In this document: piece by piece, positions 40,481 to 54,928 of the stretch
Position numbering within the stretch: position 1 is the stretch's first letter
Layout: each line of letters starts with the position of its first letter
From: Octopus bimaculoides
Lineage: Eukaryota
Direction: 5' to 3'
Length of the DNA: 64,000 nt
NCBI RefSeq assembly: GCF_001194135.2
Contig: NC_068982.1
Location: forward strand, 111,393,965 to 111,457,964
Position numbers and translations under genes: made by a program
Notes under the pieces: model-generated
Database searches by the model: none
Told to the model about the DNA's origin: nothing
What the model saw: only the letters and a program-made list of their open reading frames with translations

Positions 40481-42004
40481 TATGAAGTCACTACCTACAG
40501 TAGCACAGAAGTAATTCAAATGGTGATGTATTGCTCTTTTATATAGGATTCATAAGAGAAGACAGACTAGGACTAACAAGAAAAGGAGAGAGGAATGTTC
40601 TGAATGCATTGATTTCAAGATTAAAGAGATGACTTTTTCAAGAGACAATCTATAATGCTGGAATTGTATTGCTGATCTTAAATGAACAATTTATTCCACA
40701 TATGCCTCTACCTATTCACCAAGAAAGAGGTACTGGATCAATCTGGTTCTGTCTCAGACTAGTCTACTAGTCATTTTGGTAAGCCTTACTAAAACCCAAA
40801 CTAATTTTTGTTATAGACTACATGAGATTATTAACAAATCAAATTTATCAAAGATAGCTTCTACCACCAGTTGAACATTTTCCTTAACACTGGAGGTGGG
40901 GTGTATAAACTTATTTATTATTTTGTGACTGTTCAGTGGGTACATTCTTTTTACAATTATTTCCCAATGTATTCCATAAATTGTGAGTCTGTTGTCTTAT
41001 TGTTTGTAAAGATTTTAATATATTTTGTATTTTTGTATTTGTATTGTGAAGGTTGCAATTGACAGTACTGGAATAGCCAAAATTTAATATCTCCCATAGG
41101 TTACTAAGTATCTTAAAGCCAAATCCCTCAGATTCTGCATGCTAATATGTCATTTTTCCTTCATACATTTTATTATTACTCATCATCATCACCAACACCA
41201 TCATCAAGGCCAGTTTTCCACTCTGGCATGGGTTGGATGGTTTGATAAGAGCTGGTAAGCCAGAAGACTGTGCCAAGCTCTACTGTCATCTTTGGTATGG
41301 TTTCTATGTCTAGTTCCCCTTCCTAATACCAACCACATTACAGAGTGTACTGGGTACTTTTATGTAGCATCAGCACAGAGAGGTCACCAAGTAAGTTGCA
41401 AAACAAGATCCCTCAACTGAGGCAAGGGTAGTCCTGAGGGGACAGCGTTTTGCCAGGTGACGAGAGGCAGAAATAGATGGCTTGCAGTAGAAGAAATACA
41501 TAGCTACCTCAGCTGGAAAGAGACGAGAAGGAGAGCAAGAGAGAGAAGACAGTAAAGATGTGTTAGAGGTATGTGTATATACAGAGGGTAGGAACTAAAT
41601 TTGATGGGGTTTTTTATGTCTCTTTTTTCAAGAACTGATTGACATAATGGTGAACACTCAACAATGTTGGAGAACATAAAGATTCAAGTTGTAGTTGAGA
41701 AAAAGTTAGCTGGCATGGAGGACGGGGGGGGGGCATCTGAATATTCATAAAGAGCTACATAAAAAGTACCCAGCACACTCTGTAATGTAGTTGGCATTAG
41801 GAAGGAGAACATTACACTCTGTAATGTGGTTGGCATTAGGAAGGGGAACTAGCTATGGAAGCCATGCCAAAGAAGACAGTAGAACTTGGCACAGGCATCA
41901 TGATGATTCAATCTATCAAAATGTCAACATCATGACTGCTGTTCAATGCTCTGTGAACACTATAAAGGCTGCAAGATGTGACACAAAAAGGGTGCAATAG
42001 AGAC

Positions 42005-42420
42005 TATGAAGTTGTGGTTAGCAGGAATGGACACACTAGAATTCATTCCCACAACTTTGAACAGGGCCTTAGGCTCAATTCAGTCAGTTATGCAAAGTTG
42101 CTGGAGACTGCAGTCAATCCCCAGCTGGGAATGGTTACTGCTGGAAGGCCATATGTGTGATAGCAGGATTTGATTCCTTGCCAGACCTCTGAAAAGAGTC
42201 AGAAGTGGTTGTCAGAGAATTTCTACAACTTCACCAGCCCCAATTTCTGGCTTCCTAATCCTCCCAATTGTAATCCTATGGCTTACTACGTATGGGGTGT
42301 GGTTAGATCAAGGAGGTGTTCAAAATTCATTCCTTGGACACAGTGAGGAATGCATATGCCAGGTACCAAAGCTGTCTTGAGGTCATTGTGGAAGCTGAGG
42401 ACAACTATTTTAAGTAAACT
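42005..42420 (+). mobile_element. Decayed Tc1/mariner (maT/DD37D-like) transposase fragment
   Basis: Translates to GLRLNSVSYAKLLETAVNP...GRPYV*QQD...SQKWLSENFYNFTSPNFWLPNPPNCNPMAYYVWG, typical of the QQDxAP...WPPNSPDxNPxDYxVWG region. Confidence 0.75.
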
Positions 42421-43360
42421 GTTATCTCCTAGGCATAATCTAGTTCTTGTTTCTTTAATTTTAAAAATAATTCTATTTTTGGATGAGGTGTTGTGTTTTC
42501 TTTTCTTTTTATGCAAACTGTTAAATTTAGCTTGAACACATTGTGGGTGAAGTAGTACAGAGGACTGCATAGGACTGGGCAGATAGATTTGCAAGAGAGC
42601 AAAAGGAATGTGGGAGATAGAGCAGAAGGGAAATGCAATTACTATCATCATTGTCGTTGTTGTTGGTATTATTATTATATTATACTTTTCCAAAGTGAAG
42701 GCACATGATTCAGTGGTTAGAGTTTGGGCTCACAATCATGAGGTAGTCTGTTCAATTCCCAGACTGGGCTGTGTATTGTGTTCTTGAGCAAGACACTTTA
42801 TTTTACGTTGCTCCAGTTCACTCAGCTGTAGAAATGAGTTTGCAATGTCACTGATGCCAAGCTGTATCGCCTTTGCCTTTCCTTTGAATAACATCGGTGA
42901 CACAGAGAAGGAAGTATGCATGGGCAACTACAGGTCTTCCATAAACAACCTTGCTTGGACTTGTACCTTGGAGGGTAACTTTCTAGGTGCAATCCCATAG
43001 TCATTCATGACCAAAATGGGTCTTTACCTTTTTTACTTTTCCCAAAAAGTGCCTTTGTAGATAGGTTGTTTCCATTAGAGCCATAAAAGCTTGATAGAAA
43101 TGGACAGGAGAAAGGTGTAGCAAGAGGGAAAAAGAGAAAGAATAGAAAACTGTGCAACCATATGTAATACGTCAGACATCATATGACTAATCAGATGTTT
43201 GAAGATGTAAAAGGCTAGGTTTTGTCACCATTTCCCAAAACTATTAAATAAACTGCAATAAATTTGTTTAATATTTTTATTTTTTCAACTCCTTTGAATA
43301 ATTTTGCTTTATCTACACTGCATAATTATTCTTAGTGAGCTTTTTAATGATCATTACATT

Positions 43361-43740
43361 CATCATCATCATCATTTAACATCTGTTGTCCATGCTGGTA
43401 TGGATTGGACGCTTTCACCAGAGCTGGCAAACTGAGGGGCTACATCAGACTCCCGTCTGATTTGGCATGGTTTCTACAGCTGGATGCCCTTCCTAATGCC
43501 AACCACTCCAAGAGTGTAATGGTCGCTTTTATGTGCCACCGGCACAGGTGCCAGCAGTGACACCAGTATCCATCATGACTATGATTTCACTTTATTTGTT
43601 GGGTCTTCTACTCAAGCATGGCCTATTGCTGAAGGTCTTGGTCATTTGTCATTACCTCTGTGAGGCCCAATGCTTGAAAGGTGCTTTTTACGTGCCACCA
43701 GCACAAGAGCTAGTCACACAACACAGGCATCAGCCACATT
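43361..43740 (-). mobile_element. RTE 3' UTR copy
   Basis: Same consensus (catcatcatttaac...ggatgcccttcctaatgccaaccactcc). Shorter or more diverged copies lie near 9284, 16933, 18899, 38425, 41180, 41755, 47350, 50570 and 59195. Confidence 0.75.
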
Positions 43741-44711
43741 GCCTCTGTACATATTTATAGATATGTATATACAGGGTATCTGGGTTAAGTTTGATGGTAT
43801 TTTTTGTTTATATTAAATATGTTAATACTAAATACTGATAGGTTAATTTTTAAGTTGAAGTATGGGATTTCTAAAAAAAAAAAATCCATTAAATATTTTA
43901 TTGAGATTAGAAACATTAAGAACTATTTTCAAGTACAGAAAATATTTTTAAATATGAACAAATGAATGAAAAATAAAAAAAATATGAATACTCAAACTGT
44001 TCTGTAGAATTAGATTTTGCAACATTTTACAACTATAATCAAAGAAATCAGTCTAAGCCAAAAAAATAACCTTTGCATCTGACAATATCAGATGATATTC
44101 AAAGAAAACTTGTACAAAATTCCATTTCATCAAAGCTATCAAATTTAAATTCCTTAAAACAAAACTGGCATCAATCCTTATGTCAGTCAATATAGCTCTA
44201 AAACTCTGTATAATGTGTCACATTTTAAACATCAAGCAAATACTTCACAGTATAAATTTAGTAATAATCAATAACTATATACAGTATTTTGCTTAACATA
44301 TTCTAACCAACCGTCCTACTAAAATTTCGGGCATCATACTAAAATCTCAGCTTATTTTTACAGTAATTCTATACAATGATTATAAATTTATCAAGTTTTT
44401 CATATTGTGAAACATTAGAAACATTTATTCAAGCTACTTTTTTTACTGATTAAACTTATATTCTTTAGGACATGTAGGATTTTAAGATAAAAATAATGGC
44501 AATGAGAATTGTATTTCTCAAATGAATATAAAATTTTATAAAAATATAATTAATCGTTAAGGAAATATTCTTGAATTACACTAGTTCTTTATAAACTTGT
44601 GAAGCATTACATAACCTCTTCACAGTTTGTGAGTTCAAATTCACTGTAAGCATTATGTTGTGTTTCTGGATATAACATTTCACCCTACATTTGTGACTTA
44701 TGAACAATTTA

Positions 44712-44882
<171 letters not shown>

Positions 44883-45472
44883 TTACAGTGTAAAAGGTTT
44901 CATCAAAGATAAAAGAGTTATGATATGAAAACAGGTAAGGGCAGGCAAAAGGAAGGGCATCTGGCTGCAGAAAATCTGTCCCAATAAACTGTCTGACCCA
45001 TGCAAGCATGGTAAAGTAGCCATTAAAACGATGATTCTCACTCACATATGCGCGCACACACATACACACACACACCTAAACATATACATCATTAGTGTTC
45101 TAACATTCACGTTTCCATGCTTGTAAGGATTGGACAAAATTTATAGAGGCAGATTTTTTTTATGGTCAGACACCCTCCCTGTCACCAACCCTTATCTGTT
45201 TCAAGAAAAGTAATATTCTCCCATAACCCAACATGTTCATGCAGAATACTGGAAATGAATGACTTTCATTTACAACAATTATGTGATGTTGTGATCATAC
45301 AAACACACACATACACAGAGGCTTTTTTTAGTTTCTGTCTACTAAATCCACTCATAAGGCTTTGGTTAGCTAAAAGTTATAGAAGATACTTGAGATTGAA
45401 TTTGAAACCATGTGATTGGAAAGTAAATTTCTTAACCACATAGATGCACCTGCTTATACATACATACATATA

Positions 45473-46339
45473 CAGGGTGTCCCAAAAGTCACTGATGGTT
45501 TTCAATTTTTAATAACTTCTTTAACTTTACAAATAAATGCATGAAATTTTGATACAATATAAAGGACATAATGGAAATTAATATGCATAAGTCAAATTTT
45601 GCAACACCACTACATCACATATGAAAAATGACATTGCTTGAATGGCAGCACACCCGTGCTCTTTCCAAAGCTTGCACCATAACACCCTCAAGAGTTTCAG
45701 ACCGCACATCTCTGATTTCTCTATTGATGTTCTCCTTCAGTTACACCAGTGTCTCCAGTTTGTTGACATAAACCCTCCCTTTCAGATATACCTGCAAGAA
45801 AAAATCTGGGCTATCAAGTCTGGGGAATGTGAAGGCCAGTTAACACTGCCATAGCAGGAGATCATTCTCTCTCCAAAGTACTGCTGTAGCAACTGCATTG
45901 TTTCTCTTGTGGTATGAGCAGTTACCCTATCTTGCATGTGTGAGGTCAACTTTGAATTGCCTTCATGTTCCACAGACTTGACTAGCCAAGATTTTTTCCT
46001 GTGGGGATACCTGAAAAAGAGGGTTTACATTAACAAACCAGAGACCCTGGTGCAACTGAAGGAGACCATCAACAGAGAAATCAGAGAGGTGGGCTCTGAA
46101 ACTCTTGAGGGCATTATGGTGCAAGTTTTGGAAAGAGCACAGATGTGTGAAGCCAAAAAATGGCTGCCATTTAAGCGGTATCATTTTTCATATGTGATGT
46201 AGTGGTGTTGCAAAATTTGACTTAAGCATATTAATTCCCATTATGTTCTCTATATTGTATCAAAATTTCATGCATTTATTTGTAAAGTTAAGGAAGTTAG
46301 TAAAAATTGAAACCCATCAGTGACTTTTGGGACACCCTG
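45473..46339. mobile_element. Palindromic Tc1/mariner derivative made of two inverted transposase 3' ends
   Basis: TA|CAGGGTGTCCCAAAAGTCACTGATGG ... CCATCAGTGACTTTTGGGACACCCTG|TA. Both arms carry the transposase C-terminus (+: DFFLWGYLKKRVYINKPETLVQLKETI; -: QDRVTAHT...NWPSHSPDL). Confidence 0.9.
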
Positions 46340-49300
46340 TATATCATAGTGGCAATCATAACAAGTGTATTTGGCCAACAGGATACTTGAGGAATACCAA
46401 TGATATTCTCAGTTATCAACCAGTCAAAAGAACAAGCAGTACAATATTAACTAGTTAAATGATATTAGGTACTCTGTAATTCTGACAATGTAGCAACATT
46501 TGTATATGTCATGCAGTGTAAATATAAAAGAATATGAATAGTGTTTCATTCAAATTATGTCACCTATGTTTCAATAGCATGGCTACTTGTTCATAATGTA
46601 TTACATATGGGATTACATAACACAAATTATATTTAAATTACATAACCAAACTATCTCCTCAGGAATTTTGAACAGTTGACAGCCTAATTTTGACTGTCAA
46701 TGGAAGAGAAGGTTTGGCTTTGCAATTCATATATCACTGAAGGAGAAAAACACAATTTTCCTTTAGTTAGATCTGACACCTGCTTCTGATTAACTTGGCC
46801 TCTGAATCCAAAAATGACCCCAGTTTTTCTGTATCACATCAACTTTTTGAGCTACAGGATACCCTCACTTTTTCTCAAAAACCATAAAAAATACAGTACC
46901 TAACAAATTTGTGGTTATTTTACAGAATGTTTTAAAAATATACCTACAATGGAAAAAATAAAACATTGCTTCACTGATATGTTTCTACAAATTTAACTTA
47001 TTCACACAAAGGATATTACTGGGAGTCAGATTGTATGCAAGTAGTTATGGTAAAAATTTACACTTATAGGTTTTCCTGGAGTGTTCAATCTGGACAATTT
47101 CATTTCAGTCATCATGTTTACATCCCATCAACCCTGATACCATTCCTCCATAACCTTCATGTGCAGAGGTGGGAATATAATTTTTTTTTATGCCAACAAG
47201 TGACTCATGCAGAATGTTGGGATCATCACCAGACTTAAGGTCAGATCTTGGAGGTCAATTCTTCTCTGCTCAATGCTGCTCTACAAGCTCATATACACAG
47301 AAAGCAGGGATACTTGATGTATCTGCATTGCTGACTAAGACAGAAGAATACTATTTTAAGGTCAACAACCCAGGAAAACATGGTGAAGCATTATCTTCAA
47401 ACGTTGGGCCTCATGGAGGCAATGACAAGTGTTCAAGAACCAAGAAGAGTTGTATGCAATGATGTCATTGATGATATCAGAGAGAGACAATACAAGGCAA
47501 ATCAAACAGCTGGTAGTCGTAGTAGTTGGGAGTTGAGTGAGATGTAAAGAGAGAGACACAAGATGAACTTAAGAAGGATAATGAAGAGACATTAGGCCAG
47601 AGTAATTAGAAGTGTTTGTTAATGATATCAATGTGAGTCAAGTGGGTGGTAGGCTCTACATAAATAGATTCAACCACTTTCAGAAAGGAACTAGAATTTT
47701 GAGTATAGCCTACACAGCTGAGATAGATTAGAGATAGAGAAATCTCTCAGCAAGCAATAAGATAGCTAATATACATGATAGTAAGTCTATCAAAGTAATG
47801 TAGTAATGTGGTTATTAAATGACAGCTTTATTCCATAGACTAAATGTTCAAAATCCTACTTTTGTTTTCTTAGACATTTTTTTCTCATTAACAACTCTTT
47901 CTCCACCTTACCTCTCGTTTTTCTCACAGCCATATAAACACATTTGTCTCTTATTTTCATTTTCTATGCACAAAGTTCATAATTTACTGTATTTACTAAA
48001 TGACAGGAATCCATAAGCTATGTTTATAAATCAAACTTTGTCATAATAGCTTATATAGTAAGAGGAGGAAAGACAGTGCCCATGATACTTTTCAGAACTT
48101 CCAAGTTTCATGAAAAGAAATCATCTTCAGATTGAAAACCTGACCTGAATACTTGCAGAATGGGCATCAAATTAAAGGTACTCAAGGGCAAGGTGGTGGT
48201 GTTAAACAGTAATGGATTATGTCTACTACCTGAAATAATATAACAGAATTTAATAAGAGACTAAGAATAATCTCATGCTTATTCTAATTATGCGCATAAA
48301 AATCTTTTCTACCATACAATATTTCTGTTATTATAATCTGATGCATTCGGACTAGTATCTTTACCTTGGTTGTTATCTTTCAATCAGTGTACCTTCTGGC
48401 TTTCTTCAAATGCCTGACATATTTGGTAACATTGTTCGAATTTTAAACTGAAACCTTTATTAAATCTATGAGAGTAACATTAATTCTTTATAACTGCTAA
48501 GCTGCATTCCACCTGTACCTTAGTCAAATAATGTATTCACCTGTTCTTTTCTCACCATTCCAACACAATTAACTTGGCCCTATACTTAATTCAATCGTTT
48601 CACTCAGAATGTAACCCTCTGGAATTCTTTCTTTGCACATGTCCCAACTTACAGCAAATCCAAATTCAATCTCAATCATATTGACTTCAATAGTTTAGGA
48701 GGTCTTGGAAAGGTTGTGGGTAATGACCCTTATCTCATCAAACAATATATGTCTCAGTTATTGATACAAAAACCAATAAATATGGTTAGCCCATCAAATG
48801 AATCTCCTTGAAACAGACTCTCCATATTCACTCAAAGCTCTTTATATACCATTTTCTGCAATTTGGTTCTCCAGAGCTCCAAGTGCCAGAGTCATTAACT
48901 CATTACACAAACACACAAGTTTCTCAAGGATTCTGCTTAGCATGAGAATCGCTTTGATAAGTACACTTGTCTTCAAGTTTCAGCTTTAAATACATGTAGC
49001 AGCTCTTACCTTCTCAAACTTCTTCCATACCACAAAAGTGGTGAAATGAGAAATGAAATGAGTGATGGGATACAAAGTGAAGCAGAAACAAATCAATAAA
49101 CTGAAAACTGGTCTATTTGAAGAAAAAAGTAGAGTTCTGAATATGGGACAAATGGACCCATATATCCTATGAAAATCAATATTTAAAACTTTGTATTTTC
49201 AGCTTGCATTTATCTTCCAACATTTCAGCAAATCAGTGTCCAAATAATTGGAAATATGTAAGAATATTTGTAATGATATGAGGGTGGGAATGTAGAAAGA

Positions 49301-51900
49301 GGAACGATGAAAAAAATACAAGAGTGAAAGAACGAAGAAAAAAAATTGAATGAAGTAACAAGGAAATACTATGAGTAGGATGAGGAAAAGAAAGGTGAGA
49401 GGGCAGTGAAGCAAAGGCAAGATAAAGCAACAGGGGCAGATAGAGGAGTAGGGGAGGTAGAGAAGTATAATGCAACAGTAGAAATACAGCAGTAGCAAAA
49501 GGACAGCAGCAGCTGCTGAGATGTGCGACAGCAGAAGCAAAGGCAGCCAGTAACAAATCACAACAAAATCCAACAGCACGAAGTTGGAACAGAATTGAAA
49601 TGAAGAAATACATTAATGAGGAAACAGAGTAACTTGGCTCCAGCAATATAAGGAAATATGACAGTTAGATGGTAATACGGGAGTAAAGGCAGTATATATA
49701 TAGCAGACTGATGTTCATACACATATAATTCATATCTAAAATGTTCAGCACTTGTGGATACCTAGTTACTATTCGTATGCTTAGGATCTGTTCTCATCAA
49801 ATTTAAGTATGATATTTAACTGTGTTAGACATTAGTAGAACATCTTATCTGTTGGTGGTTAAGTGATTATGAATTATATATGATACTTATATGTCATCTA
49901 GTGAGGTAGTCCTGTTAGTCTGTATTAGTAAACTGTTTATATAAATGGTTAGCTTGGCAGAGGAGGAGGAGAAGGAGGAGAAATATTTGGTGAAATTCAT
50001 AATGTGGTAACCCAGTATGCAACAGGTTTCGCCAGAATGAGCTTTAGAAATTATAACATATGAGTGCAACATATGGCTATCTATATCAAATCATTTTAAT
50101 TTGATGTAATTAGACACAATCACATGCATGTACATACATGTGTGTGTGTATGAGAGAGAGAGAGAGAGAGAGAGGTTGACTGGGACTACAACATTTTTTT
50201 CAGTTGGCTTCTTCAACCAGACTGACTGAACAAGCTGGTAGGCAAAACTTTAGTCAACTTGACTTTCACAAAAAATTTGAGTACTGATAGTGTGGTGCTA
50301 AATTATGGGAGTAAATGTGAAATAGTTATGAAACTTGCTTTAAAATGATAACCTTATTTTAAACTTTATATACATGTATGCATATATGTCTATATATAAG
50401 TGTATACACATACACAAGTACATAAGGTGTGTACAGATTAAATTGTAAGATATATATAACATATAGGAGATATACATAAGTATACAACATACACTTACAT
50501 ATACAATATGTACATTAAAGTATGAGATACTATATTTATCTTAGATAGTGTACATAATGTATAGGACAGACTTTTAATGTTAGGAAGGTCATTCAGCAAT
50601 AGAAACCAGACCAGAATAGACAATGAAGCCTGGTGTGGACCCTGGCCTTACCAGCACCAGTCAAACCATCCAGCCCATGCCAGCATGGAAAACAGACATT
50701 AAATGATGATGATGTATAACATGAAATACAAAGATTAATGTATAACATGTTCATTCATTGTTTATTGAGAGCACATCCCTTGCATTCTCTCTTGTCAGCT
50801 AGTATGTTGACATTGGGAGCAACCAGCTAAAAGACTGCTCAAAAGACTTCCCAAGATGATCACCGCTCTTTTTATATATACCTGGTGACAGAAAGCAGGA
50901 TACGAACTCAGAACACACTGATCCAAATGTTACAAAGCATTTCAGTTGATACTCTAGCATTCCACTAATTCACTACTCTACAGTGATATTTTATTCATGA
51001 ATCCAAATGGATAAAAGGCAGAGAACCAGATCAAACATTGCTGGATGCTCTTCCTATAGCTAATTATTCAACTGTGAAATAAGAGTGAAACTGGTTTTGT
51101 TAGTCAGGCACACAGGGCAAACAGTAAACTTGTTCAACAGTAGTAAATTAATCAGCCACCATTAGCCTTAAAACCAATAGTTAAAGTATAATAATATATG
51201 TAATGCTGAGGTTATCAAAACACCAACTAGAAATAATTATGCAATGAAATAAAAACATTATTAGTGATCGACTAATATTATAATTGTTTCAGCAAGTAAG
51301 GCAAGGCCTATGTTTGCTGATGAGGTCATAACACTACCAAATATGTCCAGAGTTATCTAATGACAAATACTGTTGTTTTTTTTTTCTCACTGTATAATTA
51401 TTTTTAGATAGTAATTTGATATTCTCTACGTAAAATGTAAATACTAACTTAAATGTAGTTGTAAGATTTAAATTCCAGATTACAGGATTTGTAACCTAGA
51501 ACCTTAAACTCACAGCACTGTGTCTCTGTAACATATATTATTACTCTTTTGCTATCCTCAATTTCTCTTCCTACACTCAGTGAAATGTCAAAGCTTAATT
51601 ATCAAATTCTGTCACACTTTCAATTCAATAGCAAAGTCTAAACTGCATCACAGCATACCTAGATTGTCACCTCTCTAATCCATCTCTTAAATTGATAACT
51701 TTAAGAAATTATGCTTCTCGTGCTTTTCACTATAAACATACCAAAAGATGTATGGAAACAGAGAAATCTAGGAAGATCAGGCACTTATTCAATAATTTCA
51801 GTTGATGTCCATGATTAATACAGAAGTCTAACCTACAGAAAAAAAAGGATATTCCTTCTACACTGTAATGAACTCTTTACTGATACTTTTAATCACATAC

Positions 51901-54892
51901 GGGCCATTCCACAGCATTTTGTTCACACAAAAATCAAAAATAAAGTCTGTTTATTTGGAAAAAATTTCTTACTACCATAAAAACCCATGTAATTTATGCA
52001 CTTTTTTTCACAAAAATAAAATTTGGGGGGGGGGGTAAATTACGTGAGTAGATTGTTTTCAGAATTTTTTTTTGTGGAAAGATGACGTACCATTTGTACC
52101 AGAAGTTGACTAATTTAATGTCAGAATAGGCTTTTACAGAAAAAATATAATGAAGTCGACTTTTATTTATGCTGGACAGTAAAATGCTTGTTTCTTATAC
52201 AAATTTACTAAAACCATTAAATGGTTAACTATTTTTTGAAGTTTGACATTCATGCTGGTAATCACGGTCCGAGCTGTGAAATTTTTTTCCCACTAGAGTC
52301 CCAGTTATGAACTCATTTGCATACAGCCAATCAGAGCTCAACTATCAAACTAGTGTCCACCTAGTCACAAAAATATTCTGGTTGAGTTCAGTGGAAAATG
52401 TGCATTAATGCAAAATATAACTGCTCAGAATGGGTTAATAGGGGTGACAGATGTGAAATTTAGTGTATAAAGTGGAGAGCTGCTCACCGATGATGCCATG
52501 TGTTGCCAATTTGCGTAATTTACTAGAAAATGTAAATGAGTTTATTAATTTTTTGACCGATTTTGTACATTCCTAATTTAAAATGTTGGTGTTGATCTGG
52601 AAATATCGTAATCAATATGGCGTTGTGTCATATTGCGCTCTCCTTGCATATATCAATAGATATATGCAGTATCACTAATCTCAGTCTGAGCATAGGTACC
52701 TAATGTTAGCTCCATATAGAGATGGCATTCAATTGATCTATGAGGGGGGGGGGGTAATGTGGTGCTTATGTGACACTTGCTATGCTGTACTCACAGAGTG
52801 ACATACAGCCTAACTGACTGTACTGAGTAGTACACAGTATGTGGATTTTCAAGGTAAGCTCTGATTGGCTGTATGCAAATAAGTTCATTACTGGGGTCTG
52901 GAACTCTCGTGGGGAAATCTGCTTCTGAGAGACAGCAGTGTTACTTGTCCAATAAATGATTTTTCCCCTCCGCAACATTTTAAAGCTTGTTAGTTCTCAC
53001 ACAAATAGCCAATTCAGAACTTGCATTTCAGAACCTCTGTTTTTAGACCAGAGCTACTCAATAACATTTTCAAAATGGCCAGATGATTTTTTGTTCTGTC
53101 CAAAGTACATAAGTATTTCTTTGTGGTGGAGGGGAAATTTTGTTGCGGAGCAGAAGTCTGTTGCAGAAAAAGTGTGAAGTCCAACAGGTCTTATCTAAAG
53201 TGGTGATAATAGCTATAGTAGCTTCAATGATATATTTCATTTTGATGCAAATTTAAACCTTCAAGAGAGACTAGCAAATCATAAATACACAAAAGTGTGT
53301 TAAAGTCCAATGAAAATAAGCCTGATGTGACATTCTGAACCTGTAGAATGATACTTCTGAAACTACAACATTTGTATAAATATGTATATATTATGTGTAT
53401 ATTATAGACTGAAACAAGTGGACTGATCAAACAAAAGCCCAATTTAATATATACCTGGATGTCGGAAAACTCTACATTTTTAATGGTGACTGTAATTCCA
53501 AACCTTTAACCAGTAAACAAAAACCAAAAGTGTGACCATTCAAATGAAAGCTCATGATGAGTTCATTTAAACAGTGGTATGAGTAATTGTAAATCTGAAG
53601 TTAAAAAAACAGTCTTGGCAGTGAAATCATGACGGCACAATTTACTGCATTTATTTCTCTTGAATGCCAATGTTTTGCAAGTCTGAAAAGTACTTGAACA
53701 TTGTTTACAGACTTAGAACTTGCCTTTTGATACATCTTTTTATTCATTCTAGCTCTAGATTAGACACCAGTTTTCTCTCCTTGTTTTGTGAGCATGGGCA
53801 CTAGTTTACCATATATGTTGCATTATGAATAGTGCAAGACCATGTGCTTTCTTCAAAATGGCTGACTTGTTGTGTTTGTGAGTGAGTACTCTGGTTCAAA
53901 CAATGGCTTCTAGTACAGAAAGAAGAAAGAAGTTCAGGGAGAAAATAAGAAGTGATCCTATCAAACTTGAAGAGCATAAGCAAAAAGACAGAGAAAAGAA
54001 GAGAAGGAAATATGCAGAGAAAAATAAAAGCAACCATGTCTGACACAGAGAGAGAAGCACTGAGAGAGAAAAAACAAAAGAAGAAAAGAAAATAACAAGC
54101 AGCAAGAAACAAAGAAGAGATGCACAACAAGGCATTCAAGAGCCCCCAAGGCTTTGGAGCCAGAAGGGCCAAAAACGGTCTTCCATAGGAAAATGTAGAG
54201 CCTGGCTCTCCCAACGGCATCACAGTGCATGTGTAGCAGTATTATGCTGTTGACTATCTTCGCTAGTTCTACATTGGTGGGGCCTTAGAACATGTCTCTG
54301 GTTGTATGATTAAGTTCAAGTTTCTTCATAGATCTGTTGTTGCTGGTATCAACACCTTTAACTGACCCAGAAGGGATAATATTGACATTTGTCATACAAA
54401 TGTGTTCTATGGTCCTATCCAGTTGGTTGGCATTGGGCCCGTTACAGTCGTTGAGCTGGAAAACATCAAGAAAGCATTTACTCTTCTCACAAAAAGCCAC
54501 TGTAAAAGTATTTGTTGAGCTGGAGAACGCAGGTGTCTCTTCATTTTCAAACAGACCATTGTCCTGAGTGTGTTTCTTAAGGACATTTTTAAATATTCTG
54601 GCTTAAAAGACAAAACTTGTATCCCTTTGATTTGCAATTGATGATGAGTGATTTTTGTAAACAGTCAGACTTTGTATACAATTATATATTTACTATATAT
54701 AATTATTCATAATTTTTATAATTAATAATTATGCAATTTTTAGAGCAAGTTTGACACAACTGAAAAGGAGCTAGAGTATGTGATACATGTATTTGGTCAG
54801 TATAATTCCTTCATGTGCACAAAAGGTTCAGATTCAGTGTTCTTAAATAATTATCTATATTTTCATTTCAATTGATGTTCATCTGTGTATAT

Positions 54893-54928
<36 letters not shown>

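Noticed and set aside
39786-40519. Long ORFs of 182-242 aa
   Set aside because: Artefacts of the 473-N gap.
49199-49646. Hydrophobic 126-aa and 137-aa ORFs
   Set aside because: Low-complexity purine-rich tract with no recognisable motif.
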